A stretch of DNA of 28,993 bases from Candidatus Aegiribacteria sp. (GTDB taxonomy: Bacteria > Fermentibacterota > Fermentibacteria > Fermentibacterales > JCC-6): positions 1 through 28,993 of the forward strand of contig JAWOBF010000020.1 in assembly GCA_046498225.1 (NCBI GenBank). Direction: 5' to 3'. The translations under genes were made by a program, and so were the position numbers. Below are positions 1 to 10,555 of this stretch, piece by piece (the first letter of the stretch is position 1; every line of letters starts with the position of its first letter). The notes beneath the pieces were generated by a model. It saw only the letters and a program-made list of their open reading frames with translations. It searched no databases and had not been told where the DNA came from.

Positions 1-445
1 GTGACTCCGCCTCCTCCGGGCCGGAGACCACCCTGGCCCTCTTCCCGCCGTAGGACCTTATGCATCTGACCTCCTGGTGCGAGGGGTCTCCCAGTATGAT
101 GACATCGCGGCCCTCCCGGCTCTTCTTTCCGGCCATGGCCAGGGCCGTTCCCACTCTGGGGCAGGTAAGGTCCTTTATGGAGAGCGGAAGGGCCTCCAGC
201 TCCCTTCTTCTTTCCAGTGTCGTGCCGTGGGTCCTGAGGAACAGCGTGCCGCCCCGCATGGATTCCGGGTGGTCACAGACGGTCACTCCCCTGTCCGCCA
301 GGGCCTCCAGCACCTGCGGGTTGTGCACCAGCTGGCCGTAGATTGCGTAGGGGTCGTTCCCCTCCCGCAGTGCCGCCAGGACCATGTCCACCGCGCGGCG
401 GACGCCCCAGCAGAAACCGGCCGTTCGAGCGGTGATGACTCCCAT
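1..445 (-). CDS. ispH: 4-hydroxy-3-methylbut-2-enyl diphosphate reductase (IspH/LytB), 5' part; runs off the left edge
   Basis: Not in the ORF track. Manual translation from ATG at 445 (GGAGGAG SD at 449-455) gives MGVITARTAGFCWGVRRAV...LVHNPQV...LRTHG...DLTCPRV...GDPSHQEV. These match the IspH motifs GFCxGV, HN, RxHG, DxTCP and GxxxHxEV. Confidence 0.93.
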   Translation of the reverse strand, partial: MGVITARTAGFCWGVRRAVDMVLAALREGNDPYAIYGQLVHNPQVLEALADRGVTVCDHPESMRGGTLFLRTHGTTLERRRELEALPLSIKDLTCPRVGTALAMAGKKSREGRDVIILGDPSHQEVRCIRSYGGKRARVVSGPEEAES

Positions 446-500
446 CTGCTCCTCCGTCCAGCGGCATCGTAAGACAAAAACGTTGCCCCGTAATATAACG

Positions 501-527
501 AAAGGGCGGCGGGTTGAACCGCCGCCC
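501..527 (-). terminator. Rho-independent terminator of the 553..1179 gene
   Basis: Perfect 9-bp GC stem GGGCGGCGG (504-512) / CCGCCGCCC (519-527) with a 6-nt loop, followed on the minus strand by TTTCGTTATATT. It lies about 25 nt after the stop codon. Confidence 0.75.
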
Positions 528-552
528 CTATTAAGGCAATGTCAGACAGTGA

Positions 553-1179
553 TTACCTGTAGAGTCCCTTGATGGCTCCCCAGCTCTCGCTGTCCAGAGG
601 AAGGTCTCCCTCTGCCCTGACGAGCCAGTCTACCTCATCTGCATCGGGGATCAGTGGATCCCAGAGTATCCAGTCCTGGCTTCCGAAGGTATGGGGGATA
701 CCGGTGAAGTTGCCGTTTTCATCGTAAAGGCCGGAGGGGTATCCGGTGGAGGAGTAGATGGTGGTGTTGCCAAGCACCCAGAAGTCGGTTCCGGTGGAGA
801 TGGCTGGGTCGAAGTCAATCACCTGGGCGGTGTAGTGCAGGGCGGTGATGTCCTCCTGGTAGAGCTGAGTCATGGGCATGGCTGCATCGCCGGTCCAGAG
901 CTCGACGCTGAGCTGGTCTGTGTCCCACGGGAGGTTGGAGTGATGGTAGAACGTCATCTCTATGTAGTTGCAGGAAAAGTCACTGGCCGAGGGCATGAAA
1001 TCGGTGATATCGAACCATGTCCCGAAGTATGACAGCCCGCCCATGATCCAGAACGGGGTTCCGTCATCGTACTGAAGAAGGTCGTCGGAAGTGGTACCGG
1101 GCAGACCTTCGACCTTTACGTTATCGACCGCGAACGCAAAGGCTGCCGCGAGAGCAAGTACTATAAGTACCTTTCTCAT
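553..1179 (-). CDS. Secreted acidic beta-rich protein with a C-terminal SWGAIKGLYR motif (probable surface protein)
   Basis: Signal peptide MRKVLIVLALAAAFAFA, an LQYDDG motif, and the C-terminus LDSESWGAIKGLYR. Strong SD (AAAGGAGA), own promoter and own terminator. Confidence 0.85.
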   Translation of the reverse strand: MRKVLIVLALAAAFAFAVDNVKVEGLPGTTSDDLLQYDDGTPFWIMGGLSYFGTWFDITDFMPSASDFSCNYIEMTFYHHSNLPWDTDQLSVELWTGDAAMPMTQLYQEDITALHYTAQVIDFDPAISTGTDFWVLGNTTIYSSTGYPSGLYDENGNFTGIPHTFGSQDWILWDPLIPDADEVDWLVRAEGDLPLDSESWGAIKGLYR

Positions 1180-1223
1180 TTGTTCTCCTTTCGGTGTTTC
1201 TCGTTACCTCTAGCTGCCAGTAA

Positions 1224-1252
1224 ACTATGCTAGGCGCGAAAATGGCTGTCAA
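1224..1252 (-). promoter_or_regulatory. Sigma70-type promoter for the 553..1179 gene
   Basis: Minus strand TTGACA (1252-1247), 17 nt, CATAGT (1229-1224). Confidence 0.6.
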
Positions 1253-1265
1253 GGCCGGGCAGGGT

Positions 1266-3251
<1,986 letters not shown>

Positions 3252-4913
3252 CTATCCCCTGAGGCTGGAGAGGCTGACCTCCAGAGCGGAGGCAGGCCGT
3301 GCTATGCCCCAGCGATGGAGCACTTCGGGATGCACCTCCCCCACCGTACCAGCCGGCCTTCCGTCCATCATCACTTCGGCGCACCTTCCGGGTACGAACC
3401 GCTCATCATCGCGGGCCGCAAGTGAGAGCCTGATGCCCCGGGAATGGCAGAGATATCCCAATACGGAATGGATGTCGCCGAAATCCGCCCTGTTGCCGCT
3501 GACAAGGCAGGCCAGGTATACCCCGGTGCTGCACGCGCCCTCACTGTCGGCCCTGAGCACCTCTCCAGCCTCGAAGATCCGATGGGGGTAGGCGGCGTGA
3601 GCGCTGCTGCTCTCCACCTCCAGCAGCCCGGGAAGCAGGCTGTTGCGGACCACATCGTATTCCCCGGTCATGGGGTTGGCGATGCCCACAGGCTGCCGCG
3701 GGGTCCGGGTGGTCTCCCGCACCTTCTCCCGGCTGGTGAGTACCGGACGCAGAACCTCCTCGAAACCGGCTCCCACCAGCAGAAGCCTCACCGCGTCGGC
3801 GAGTTCCTCTACAGGGGCGCTCCTTCCGGTGGTGAAACAGTCGGGCAGCAGGGGGCCGAAACTGTCCAGGCCCATGGAAATGGCTATGTCCTCTATCATG
3901 TCCACGGCGTGTATGCCGTCGCGCCTGTACGGCGGAAGCACTCCGGTGATTGAGGGGCCGTCCACCGTCACCAGGGCGTAATCCATGGCCCTGAGCGCGT
4001 CCGAAGCCCTCCCGGCCGGAATGTCCACCCCGAGTATTCCGCGCAGCTGTTCCTCCGTGGCGGTCATGCTGTCGGCGAACACCACCGGGCATTCCACGGT
4101 CTCGCCGGGATAGTCCTGGGGATAGACCACCCTTACAGGCTCTATTCCGGCACCCCTGTCCTGAAGGTTGCACGCCAGAATGGTGGCGGTGAGCTGCACC
4201 GTCTCCCAGTCGGTCCCGGTCACCTCGCAGAACAGCCTGCCGTCTCCCGGCCTGACCCTGCCGGTGGTCTGGCTGTTCAGTATCGGGGGAAAGGAGAGAA
4301 TGGCGCCTGCCGCGTCCCGAAGCACGGGATAGCTTTTCGAGCCTGCCAGTATGTGAGCGTAGTTCCGGCCGGTCTCGGTCTCCTTCAGCACCCGTTCCAG
4401 GGTCATCTCCTCCTCCTCGCCCAGGGGCACGAAGGAGGTTTCCGGTGAGGCGGCCATGTAGTCGACCGGGAACCGTATCTCGTCCAGTCTGTAGAAACCT
4501 GCCCCGGCGGTCTTCCTGTTCCTCCCGAAGGAGGCGGCCAGCTTCTCCTGCACTTCTATCAGGGCTTCCAGCTCCTCGGGACCCGGAGCCCAGCCGCACG
4601 CGGTGAAAGCTGCCACGAAGGGCCGGACATCCCTCAGTTCCGGGTCCACCCTTATCTCCAGCCTGGACTCCGGCAGGTCCGAGAGATGTTCCTCCGGCCC
4701 GTGGACGCTGCACCTGAGAGCCCTGGCAACGCCTTCCACGCACCAGAGGTCCGGCCTGTTGGTGTCGTTCAGCTCAAGCTTCAGCCGGTCGCCTTCCGTT
4801 GAGTCTATCTCCCCCTTTACCAGGGCCAGCATCTCCTCCAGCCGCGGGTCTCCGGGGTCGTCGATCCGCGCCAGCCTGAAAAGGTCCTTCCTGCTTACCT
4901 CTATCTTGGGCAT
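3252..4913 (-). CDS. pheT: Phenylalanine--tRNA ligase beta subunit, short archaeal/eukaryote type
   Basis: About 553 aa from ATG 4913 (MPKIEV; the ORF track extends to 4922). Motifs NDTNRPDLWCVEG, LSFPPILNS, PPYRRD..H.VD..ED, RNSLLPGLL, YPHRIFE.G. It lacks the bacterial OB-fold (B2) and FDX-ACB domains and directly follows pheS. Confidence 0.93.
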   Translation of the reverse strand: MPKIEVSRKDLFRLARIDDPGDPRLEEMLALVKGEIDSTEGDRLKLELNDTNRPDLWCVEGVARALRCSVHGPEEHLSDLPESRLEIRVDPELRDVRPFVAAFTACGWAPGPEELEALIEVQEKLAASFGRNRKTAGAGFYRLDEIRFPVDYMAASPETSFVPLGEEEEMTLERVLKETETGRNYAHILAGSKSYPVLRDAAGAILSFPPILNSQTTGRVRPGDGRLFCEVTGTDWETVQLTATILACNLQDRGAGIEPVRVVYPQDYPGETVECPVVFADSMTATEEQLRGILGVDIPAGRASDALRAMDYALVTVDGPSITGVLPPYRRDGIHAVDMIEDIAISMGLDSFGPLLPDCFTTGRSAPVEELADAVRLLLVGAGFEEVLRPVLTSREKVRETTRTPRQPVGIANPMTGEYDVVRNSLLPGLLEVESSSAHAAYPHRIFEAGEVLRADSEGACSTGVYLACLVSGNRADFGDIHSVLGYLCHSRGIRLSLAARDDERFVPGRCAEVMMDGRPAGTVGEVHPEVLHRWGIARPASALEVSLSSLRG

Positions 4914-4914
4914 C

Positions 4915-6477
4915 TCACTCACCCCTTCCCGTGAGAAGGCTGTCGGGTCTGACCTTCATTTCCCGCAGCCTGGCCAGGTCCGGGGTGACCAGGTCCCGAA
5001 TGTCGTTCAGTCCCATGGCCAGCATGGCCATCCTGTCCAGTCCCAGTCCCCAGGCGATGACAGGGACCCGCACTCCCAGGGGAAGGCATACCTCCGGCCT
5101 GAACAGGCCGGCCCCCCCACCCTCAACCCAGCCCAGACGCGGGTGCCTGATGTGCATCTCCACCGAAGGTTCGGTAAAGGGGAAATATCCCGGAAGGAAC
5201 TTGTAGTCCGAAGCCCCGGCTATCTTTTCGGCGAACAGGGCCAGAAGCCCCATGAGGTGACGCAGGTTGATGTCCTCTCCCAGAACTATGCCCTCCACCT
5301 GAAAGAAATCCGGCAGATGGGTGGAATCCACCTGGTCGTACCTGAAGCACCTGGCTATGCCGAAGTATTTACCCGGCACGTCCGGGTCCGAGGCCAGGGT
5401 CCTGGCGGAAAGGGCGGTGCCCTGGGAGCGCATTATGGCCTGCATCGACTGGCTGCGGCTGAAACTGTATCCCCAGCCCCGTCCTCCCGTATTCCCCCCG
5501 TTCTCGTGGGTGGCGGCGACCCTCTCCTCCAGCTCTTTCGACGGGGGAGGCACGCTGTACCCCTCATCCAGGTAGTAAACGTCGTGAATGTCCCTGGCGG
5601 GATGGAACTGCGGCATGAACAGGGCGTCGTTGTTCCAGAACTCGTTCTCCGCCAGGGATCCTCTCATCTCAGCGAACCCCAGGGCCGTGAACCTCTTTCT
5701 GACCGTATCGAGGAACTGTCTGTATGGATGCAGCCTGCCGGTGTGGATCTGCGAGGGGGGGATATCCAGCTGGTACCTTCTGAAAACCGCGTCCCGCCAG
5801 GAGCCGTCGGCCAGTATCTCCGGAGTGATGGACCCTATGGATCGGGTCTGAAGCGACCTCTTCAGTACCTTCAGCCCCTCTTCCGTGATATCCACTACCC
5901 TGGTCACGCGGGTGGAGATGGTGAACTCCGCCCTGCCCCTGCCCCTTTTCGGGCTCCTCTCCCGAAGGATGGGAAGCAGATCCTCGGGAACAGATTCCAG
6001 GGCTATCCGACCGTCTTCGGAAAGCGGGATGTAGACCGACTCCCACAGCCTGCTGAACGGGTCTTCCCCCGGTTCTTCCAGAAGCTCGATGCCGTCACCC
6101 CGCTTCCGTACCAGGCCGTCCTTCATCAGAGCCCCGAAGGCGCTTCCCCAGCGGCCGCGGTCGAAGGTTGCGTCCTCCTGTATCTCCTGAAGCGTGGAGG
6201 CTCCCCCGGCAAGCCTGCGCAGCATTCCGATCTCGGGCGACTGTCCGGCCTCCAGGTTCGCCAGTCCAACGGGTCCCAGCTGGACGAACTCCTCCTCGCT
6301 CCTGGAGACTTCTTCGACCAGGTCCCTTGAAAGCAGCCACTCCACCGCCCTTCTGTAGGAGCCTTCGTCGGGAAGGTCGCTGTTCTCGATTATCTCCAGG
6401 TCCGATGACGGACCGTGCTCTTCCAGGTAAGCCAGGAGTGTTTTCTCCAGCGGGTGGAGGTCTCTTTCCTCAGTCAC
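4915..6477 (-). CDS. pheS: Phenylalanine--tRNA ligase alpha subunit, long archaeal/eukaryote type
   Basis: 520 aa, GTG start with AAAGGA SD. Motifs GRLHPY, FWNNDALFMPQFHPARDIHD, CFRYDQVDSTHLPDFFQVEG, YFPFTEPS, AWGLGLDR. It has an N-terminal extension of about 200 aa with winged-helix-like character. Confidence 0.95.
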   Translation of the reverse strand: MTEERDLHPLEKTLLAYLEEHGPSSDLEIIENSDLPDEGSYRRAVEWLLSRDLVEEVSRSEEEFVQLGPVGLANLEAGQSPEIGMLRRLAGGASTLQEIQEDATFDRGRWGSAFGALMKDGLVRKRGDGIELLEEPGEDPFSRLWESVYIPLSEDGRIALESVPEDLLPILRERSPKRGRGRAEFTISTRVTRVVDITEEGLKVLKRSLQTRSIGSITPEILADGSWRDAVFRRYQLDIPPSQIHTGRLHPYRQFLDTVRKRFTALGFAEMRGSLAENEFWNNDALFMPQFHPARDIHDVYYLDEGYSVPPPSKELEERVAATHENGGNTGGRGWGYSFSRSQSMQAIMRSQGTALSARTLASDPDVPGKYFGIARCFRYDQVDSTHLPDFFQVEGIVLGEDINLRHLMGLLALFAEKIAGASDYKFLPGYFPFTEPSVEMHIRHPRLGWVEGGGAGLFRPEVCLPLGVRVPVIAWGLGLDRMAMLAMGLNDIRDLVTPDLARLREMKVRPDSLLTGRGE

Positions 6478-6491
6478 TTGATTCCTTTCAC

Positions 6492-8840
6492 CTATTGCAG
6501 GACCTTCCAGAGGTCGATGTCTTCCGTGAGGAACATGCCCTGTTCCGGCCTCGGTACAGCGTTGTCGCCCTTCAGGACCGCGCCGCAGCCGGGACAGACG
6601 AAGCTGCCTTCAGGAAGTTCCGCGTCGCATTCGGGGCATATGAGCTGAAGTCTTTCATCTATGTAGGCCAGAAGCTCCAGGGCGGAAACATAACCGTTTC
6701 CATCGCTGTCCGCATCTCCCCTAGAACCTCTGAGCAGCAGGGGCGTGAGCACCCTCTCGCTGACGCTCAGGTCCTCACGGGCTGCGGTGAGGACCATGAC
6801 TTCGTCCCCATTCGAGAAATCGTTGACGAATCCGCCGGAATGACAGGCGTCGAAAAAGAGGAAGACCGGCGCCCCGGCCAGGGAATCCACAAGCCCGGCC
6901 AGCCGGTCGTCCGAAATATCATCATCGTAGAGACAGATGTACTCGTTGGCGCTGTCTTCCTCCTCCGGACCGCCGGACCCGGGGTATGACCTGTCTCCAT
7001 GCCCGCTGAAGAAGACTACTACCCTGTCCTCGGGTCCCGCTCTCTCCAGCAGGGAGGCCATTCCCCCGATGAACGCGTCCGCGGTGCTCATGTCGTCCAC
7101 CAGGAGTATCAGGTGGTCCTCCGGTATTCCCTGCTCATGCGCCAGGAACTCGTAGAACTCGACCGCGTCCATGCTGGCCCTGTTAAGTACATCCTCAGCC
7201 GAGGGGTATCCGCTTATTCCCGCGCTCAGGGCCCAGGTCTCGGGCAGGGGGGAGGGATCGGCAAGGGGAGTGCCGGTTATCCTGCCCACTTCAAGGTCGA
7301 AGGATGTCTCCCCCTCGCGGTCGTAGAGGTAGACGGTTATCCCGTACTCGGAATCCCGGCGGGCATGGACCGATATGGCCTCATCGCCGGCGGCGTCCAC
7401 GCTGCTGAGCCATCCCTCAGCGGCCAGGTCGATACCCGGCCCGGTTACCAGCATGTCCAGGTCCACTTCCCGATGGCCTCCGGAAAGCCTCAGGTCCAGA
7501 ATGGTCCCGGCATCCGCGGAGACAGACAGGAAGGCCGCCGGCTCATCGGGGTCTATGTATCCGGTATGGCGGTCCTCCACATGAACGGCTCCCGCCGCGG
7601 AAATGGAGATCTCGGCCTCACCCTCCACATCCACCGCCTGGTAGAAGGGGTCTATCCATACGGTGTCTCCGGCGGGAACGTAGAGCAGGAACTCTTCGTC
7701 GCCCCTGGCGGAGGCGAAGGTGAGGGAGGGTTCGCCCGGCCCCCTGAATATTCTGGTATCCCCGTCCCTGGTCTTCTCGAACTCCGCCCCCACCCTGAAA
7801 AGCCCCGATAAGGGAGGCGAGAAACCCACGGGCGTGCCGGCGGGGGAGCCGGCGGCGACGGTTCGCCTCGCGGGGATCAGGCCATGAACCCTTCCAGCTT
7901 CCCTGGACCGCAGCGTGTAGGTTGCCGAACCGGACTCTCCCGGATCGAACAGCAGTATGTCGGCAACGGCAGAATCTGCCGATGGAGGAAGGAGCAGGGT
8001 CTCCACGGAGGCGTAGGACCGGCTTGCCATGATGAATCCGCCTTCGGAATCGCGGAGCAGCAGGTCGAGGTCGGCTCCCGGATCCCGTATAACCAGGTCC
8101 AGGAACAGCAGGGAATCGTGCTCCGGCACCAGGAACCTGTGCATCTCCCCAGTTGATATGACACCGCTGACACCGGACGGACCCAGCTCCGGGAACCCTC
8201 CGGAAGGCTGGACGGACAGGTGGTACTCACCTGACCCCGCCTTGTCGTACCTGCTTACGACCGCCGTCACCGTCTCTCCGGGGAGCACGGGCACGGTTAC
8301 GGTCTCGAAGCCCCCGGTGGACATGCTTTCGCCCCATACCCTCATTCCGGTCCCGTAGACCTTCAGATCCAGGTCGGTGCCGGAGGTGCCCTCCAGACGG
8401 AAGGTCCAACTGCCGGTCCTCTCCGGGCTGAAGACGTAGGACATGGCCATACCGTTCCTTCCCACCGCGCCCTCCATCCGCTCCCCCGAGGCAAGGCTCA
8501 CGGGAGCAACGGTATCCACCCTCAGTGTCACCGTGCCGTCCGCGAGGCCGGGGTCAGGCACCAGTTTCAGGTAGAACCAGTAATCGCTGAAGGCGGAAAG
8601 GTACATGTCATCCCCCGGGTCGGAACTGCAGAGGATCTCTCCCGACCCGTCGAACGCAAGGAGCCGGACTCCGTCCATACCGGGAACTCTCAGGCAGGTA
8701 TAATCATCTTCCAGTACCCTGACCCAGCCATCCCCGGAGGAGAGGTCGACCTCCGCCTCCTCCCCGGCGGTGACGGTCTCCATCTGACCGGGGGCAGGGA
8801 GTACTGAGAGCATAAGGACCGCAGGCAGAAAAAGCGGCAT
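6492..8840 (-). CDS. Caspase-family (peptidase C14) protease with N-terminal PPC-like beta-sandwich repeats and a C-terminal zinc ribbon; probably exported
   Basis: Start taken as ATG 8840 (GGAGG SD; the ORF track starts at 8876). Hydrophobic N-terminus and repeated DxDL motifs (TDLDLKVY, ADLDLLL, VDLDMLV). Catalytic dyad in FFSGHG and FFDACHSG, EF-hand-like DADSDGNGYVSALEL, and CPEC...CPGC. Confidence 0.85.
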   Translation of the reverse strand: MPLFLPAVLMLSVLPAPGQMETVTAGEEAEVDLSSGDGWVRVLEDDYTCLRVPGMDGVRLLAFDGSGEILCSSDPGDDMYLSAFSDYWFYLKLVPDPGLADGTVTLRVDTVAPVSLASGERMEGAVGRNGMAMSYVFSPERTGSWTFRLEGTSGTDLDLKVYGTGMRVWGESMSTGGFETVTVPVLPGETVTAVVSRYDKAGSGEYHLSVQPSGGFPELGPSGVSGVISTGEMHRFLVPEHDSLLFLDLVIRDPGADLDLLLRDSEGGFIMASRSYASVETLLLPPSADSAVADILLFDPGESGSATYTLRSREAGRVHGLIPARRTVAAGSPAGTPVGFSPPLSGLFRVGAEFEKTRDGDTRIFRGPGEPSLTFASARGDEEFLLYVPAGDTVWIDPFYQAVDVEGEAEISISAAGAVHVEDRHTGYIDPDEPAAFLSVSADAGTILDLRLSGGHREVDLDMLVTGPGIDLAAEGWLSSVDAAGDEAISVHARRDSEYGITVYLYDREGETSFDLEVGRITGTPLADPSPLPETWALSAGISGYPSAEDVLNRASMDAVEFYEFLAHEQGIPEDHLILLVDDMSTADAFIGGMASLLERAGPEDRVVVFFSGHGDRSYPGSGGPEEEDSANEYICLYDDDISDDRLAGLVDSLAGAPVFLFFDACHSGGFVNDFSNGDEVMVLTAAREDLSVSERVLTPLLLRGSRGDADSDGNGYVSALELLAYIDERLQLICPECDAELPEGSFVCPGCGAVLKGDNAVPRPEQGMFLTEDIDLWKVLQ

Positions 8841-8954
8841 ATTGGAACCTCCGTGTTGGCATTGGGTCACCGGCATCTCCCCGGCGCTGTAACTGCAATA
8901 ATATGAAAGACCGCGGGCGGTGTGTTATCTTCCCGCCGTCAGACAGGCGGCGGT

Positions 8955-9665
8955 TCAATCCCGGTCATTGGATAATTCTTCGCAGCAGGCCCGGGCGAAG
9001 GAGCTGAAGTCAGGCTTCAAAACCGGTATTTTCTCCGTATCCCTCAACCTCAGGGCAAGGTCCCAGCAGCACAGCAGCACGTAGCCGAGAAGCGTCCGGT
9101 CCAGTATCATAACCGCGGGCACCGACTGGCCCGGGAAGCCCAGGCGGAGGATGAAGGAACCTCGCCGGACATGACGGGGAGGCCATACGGCGAATGACAC
9201 GTTCAGCGCGGCATCCGTTGAATCCGCGGTCCTCAGAAGGGTCTTCATGAGATCGAAATCCCCCCCCAGATGGTGCATGACGGAGCGAATCTGGTGGCGG
9301 GTGCGTATGGAATTGACCGCCGGTGAGGGCAGGCTGGTGGTAAACAGTGCCGGCTCATCCCTGGGATAACCCAGTTCCAGCAGCGCCGAAGCCTCTCTCA
9401 GGCAGGCTCCGTAGAAGGTGGAGGCTATGTCCGGAGGGAGGAAGATGGAACTCTGCGGGATACCGGACAGGAGGTTCAGGTGTCTGGAGAGCAGCTGGAC
9501 CCTTCCGCCGGAAGGGCTCCTGGATATCTCGTTCACATGGGTCCGCAGAGTGTCAAAGCTCTGCAGTCTCACTTCGGAGGTCCTTCCGCCGCTCCAGATG
9601 GCCGCGTAGTAGAGAAGCCGCGAAATATCCTCCGGGGACCTGAACTCCGAGGGAAACAGGATCAT
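8955..9665 (-). CDS. Hypothetical protein (about 236 aa), translationally coupled to xerD
   Basis: ATG 9665 overlaps the xerD stop (ATGA). The ORF-track extension to 9896 overlaps xerD and is discarded. Globular-looking sequence with no recognised motif. Confidence 0.7.
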   Translation of the reverse strand: MILFPSEFRSPEDISRLLYYAAIWSGGRTSEVRLQSFDTLRTHVNEISRSPSGGRVQLLSRHLNLLSGIPQSSIFLPPDIASTFYGACLREASALLELGYPRDEPALFTTSLPSPAVNSIRTRHQIRSVMHHLGGDFDLMKTLLRTADSTDAALNVSFAVWPPRHVRRGSFILRLGFPGQSVPAVMILDRTLLGYVLLCCWDLALRLRDTEKIPVLKPDFSSFARACCEELSNDRD

Positions 9666-10555
9666 GTTTCCCTCGACCTGGGGTGACATCTGTCCATCAC
9701 GGACCTGAGCCATGTCCTGTCGACACCGGTGTATATCTCCGTGGTCCTGATGTCGGAATGACCCAGGAGCTCCTGCACCACCCTTAGGTCGGCGCCTCCC
9801 ATGAGGAGATGGGTGGCGAAGGAATGTCGAAGTGTGTGGGGGTGGACCGTCTCGCTGACCCCGGCTTTCCGCGCCGAGGAGCGCACGATGTTCCATACCG
9901 TCATTCTGGACAGCGGGTTACCCCTGTAGGTAAGGAAGAGTACGGGAGTGGAGGAACCGGCGGCCAGCTGCGGCCTGGCCTGGTCGAGGTACCTGGATAT
10001 CCACTCCACGGCCGCTCCGCCCAGCGGCACAAGCCTCTCCCTGGAACCCTTTCCGATGGGCCTGACCATGTACTGGTCAAGATGGACCCTGGATACGGTA
10101 AGGTCGGTTATCTCGCTCTCCCTCAGTCCGGCTCCGTAGGCCAGTTCCATGAGGGCGCGATTCCTGGTGGACAGGGAAGAATCCCCCTTCCAGACCTCGA
10201 TGATGGCCTTCACCGTCTCTACACTCACCGCGTGGGGCAGTCTCAGCGGCTTTCTGGGAGAGTTCATCAGCTCCGCCGGATTGTCCTCCCGCGCGCCGGT
10301 AGCCTGAAGGTACCTGTAATACCCCCTGACAGTTGAGATGTTTCTCCTCACGCTGGCGGCCGAGTATCCTGAAGATGATAGACAGCTCATGTAATCGGCT
10401 ATATCGGAGGCTTCGGCCGCAGCCGGGGCCACCCCCTCCCCGGCGAGCCATCGGTGGAAACGCTCCAGGTCCCTCTGGTAGGCGTCCACGGTGGATACAG
10501 CCAGTTTCTTCTCGAGGGCCGCGTATTCCAGAAAGGAATCCAGGGTCTCATCCAT
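9662..10555 (-). CDS. xerD: Site-specific tyrosine recombinase XerD (XerC/D family)
   Basis: N-terminal SAM-like domain (EKKLAVSTVDAYQRDL), RNRALMELAYGAGLRESE, GKGSRERLVP, and HPHTLRHSFATHLL.GGADLR.VQELLGH.DI.TTEIYT. Confidence 0.9.
   Translation of the reverse strand: MDETLDSFLEYAALEKKLAVSTVDAYQRDLERFHRWLAGEGVAPAAAEASDIADYMSCLSSSGYSAASVRRNISTVRGYYRYLQATGAREDNPAELMNSPRKPLRLPHAVSVETVKAIIEVWKGDSSLSTRNRALMELAYGAGLRESEITDLTVSRVHLDQYMVRPIGKGSRERLVPLGGAAVEWISRYLDQARPQLAAGSSTPVLFLTYRGNPLSRMTVWNIVRSSARKAGVSETVHPHTLRHSFATHLLMGGADLRVVQELLGHSDIRTTEIYTGVDRTWLRSVMDRCHPRSRET

Noticed and set aside
4603..6330. 575-aa plus-strand ORF (likewise 1227..2078, 14388..16148, 17383..18567, 18729..19862 and 24069..25817)
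   Set aside because: These are antisense shadows of pheS/pheT, uvrB, lon, the TonB_C gene, recG and secA. They are expected in high-GC3 DNA and show no protein motifs.
6492..8840. Caspase as part of an anti-phage system (gasdermin, CRISPR type III or Avs-associated)
   Set aside because: No gasdermin, NLR/STAND, CHAT/TPR sensor or cas gene is adjacent, and the protein looks exported and sits among housekeeping genes.
9666..9896. N-terminal extension of the 8955..9896 ORF
   Set aside because: It overlaps the xerD catalytic region in another frame. The ATGA-coupled start at 9665 is more plausible.
9662..10555. Tyrosine recombinase as the integrase of a prophage or island
   Set aside because: The sequence is XerD-like and embedded by overlaps in an operon. 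No tRNA, att-like repeats, phage genes or evident compositional shift were seen.
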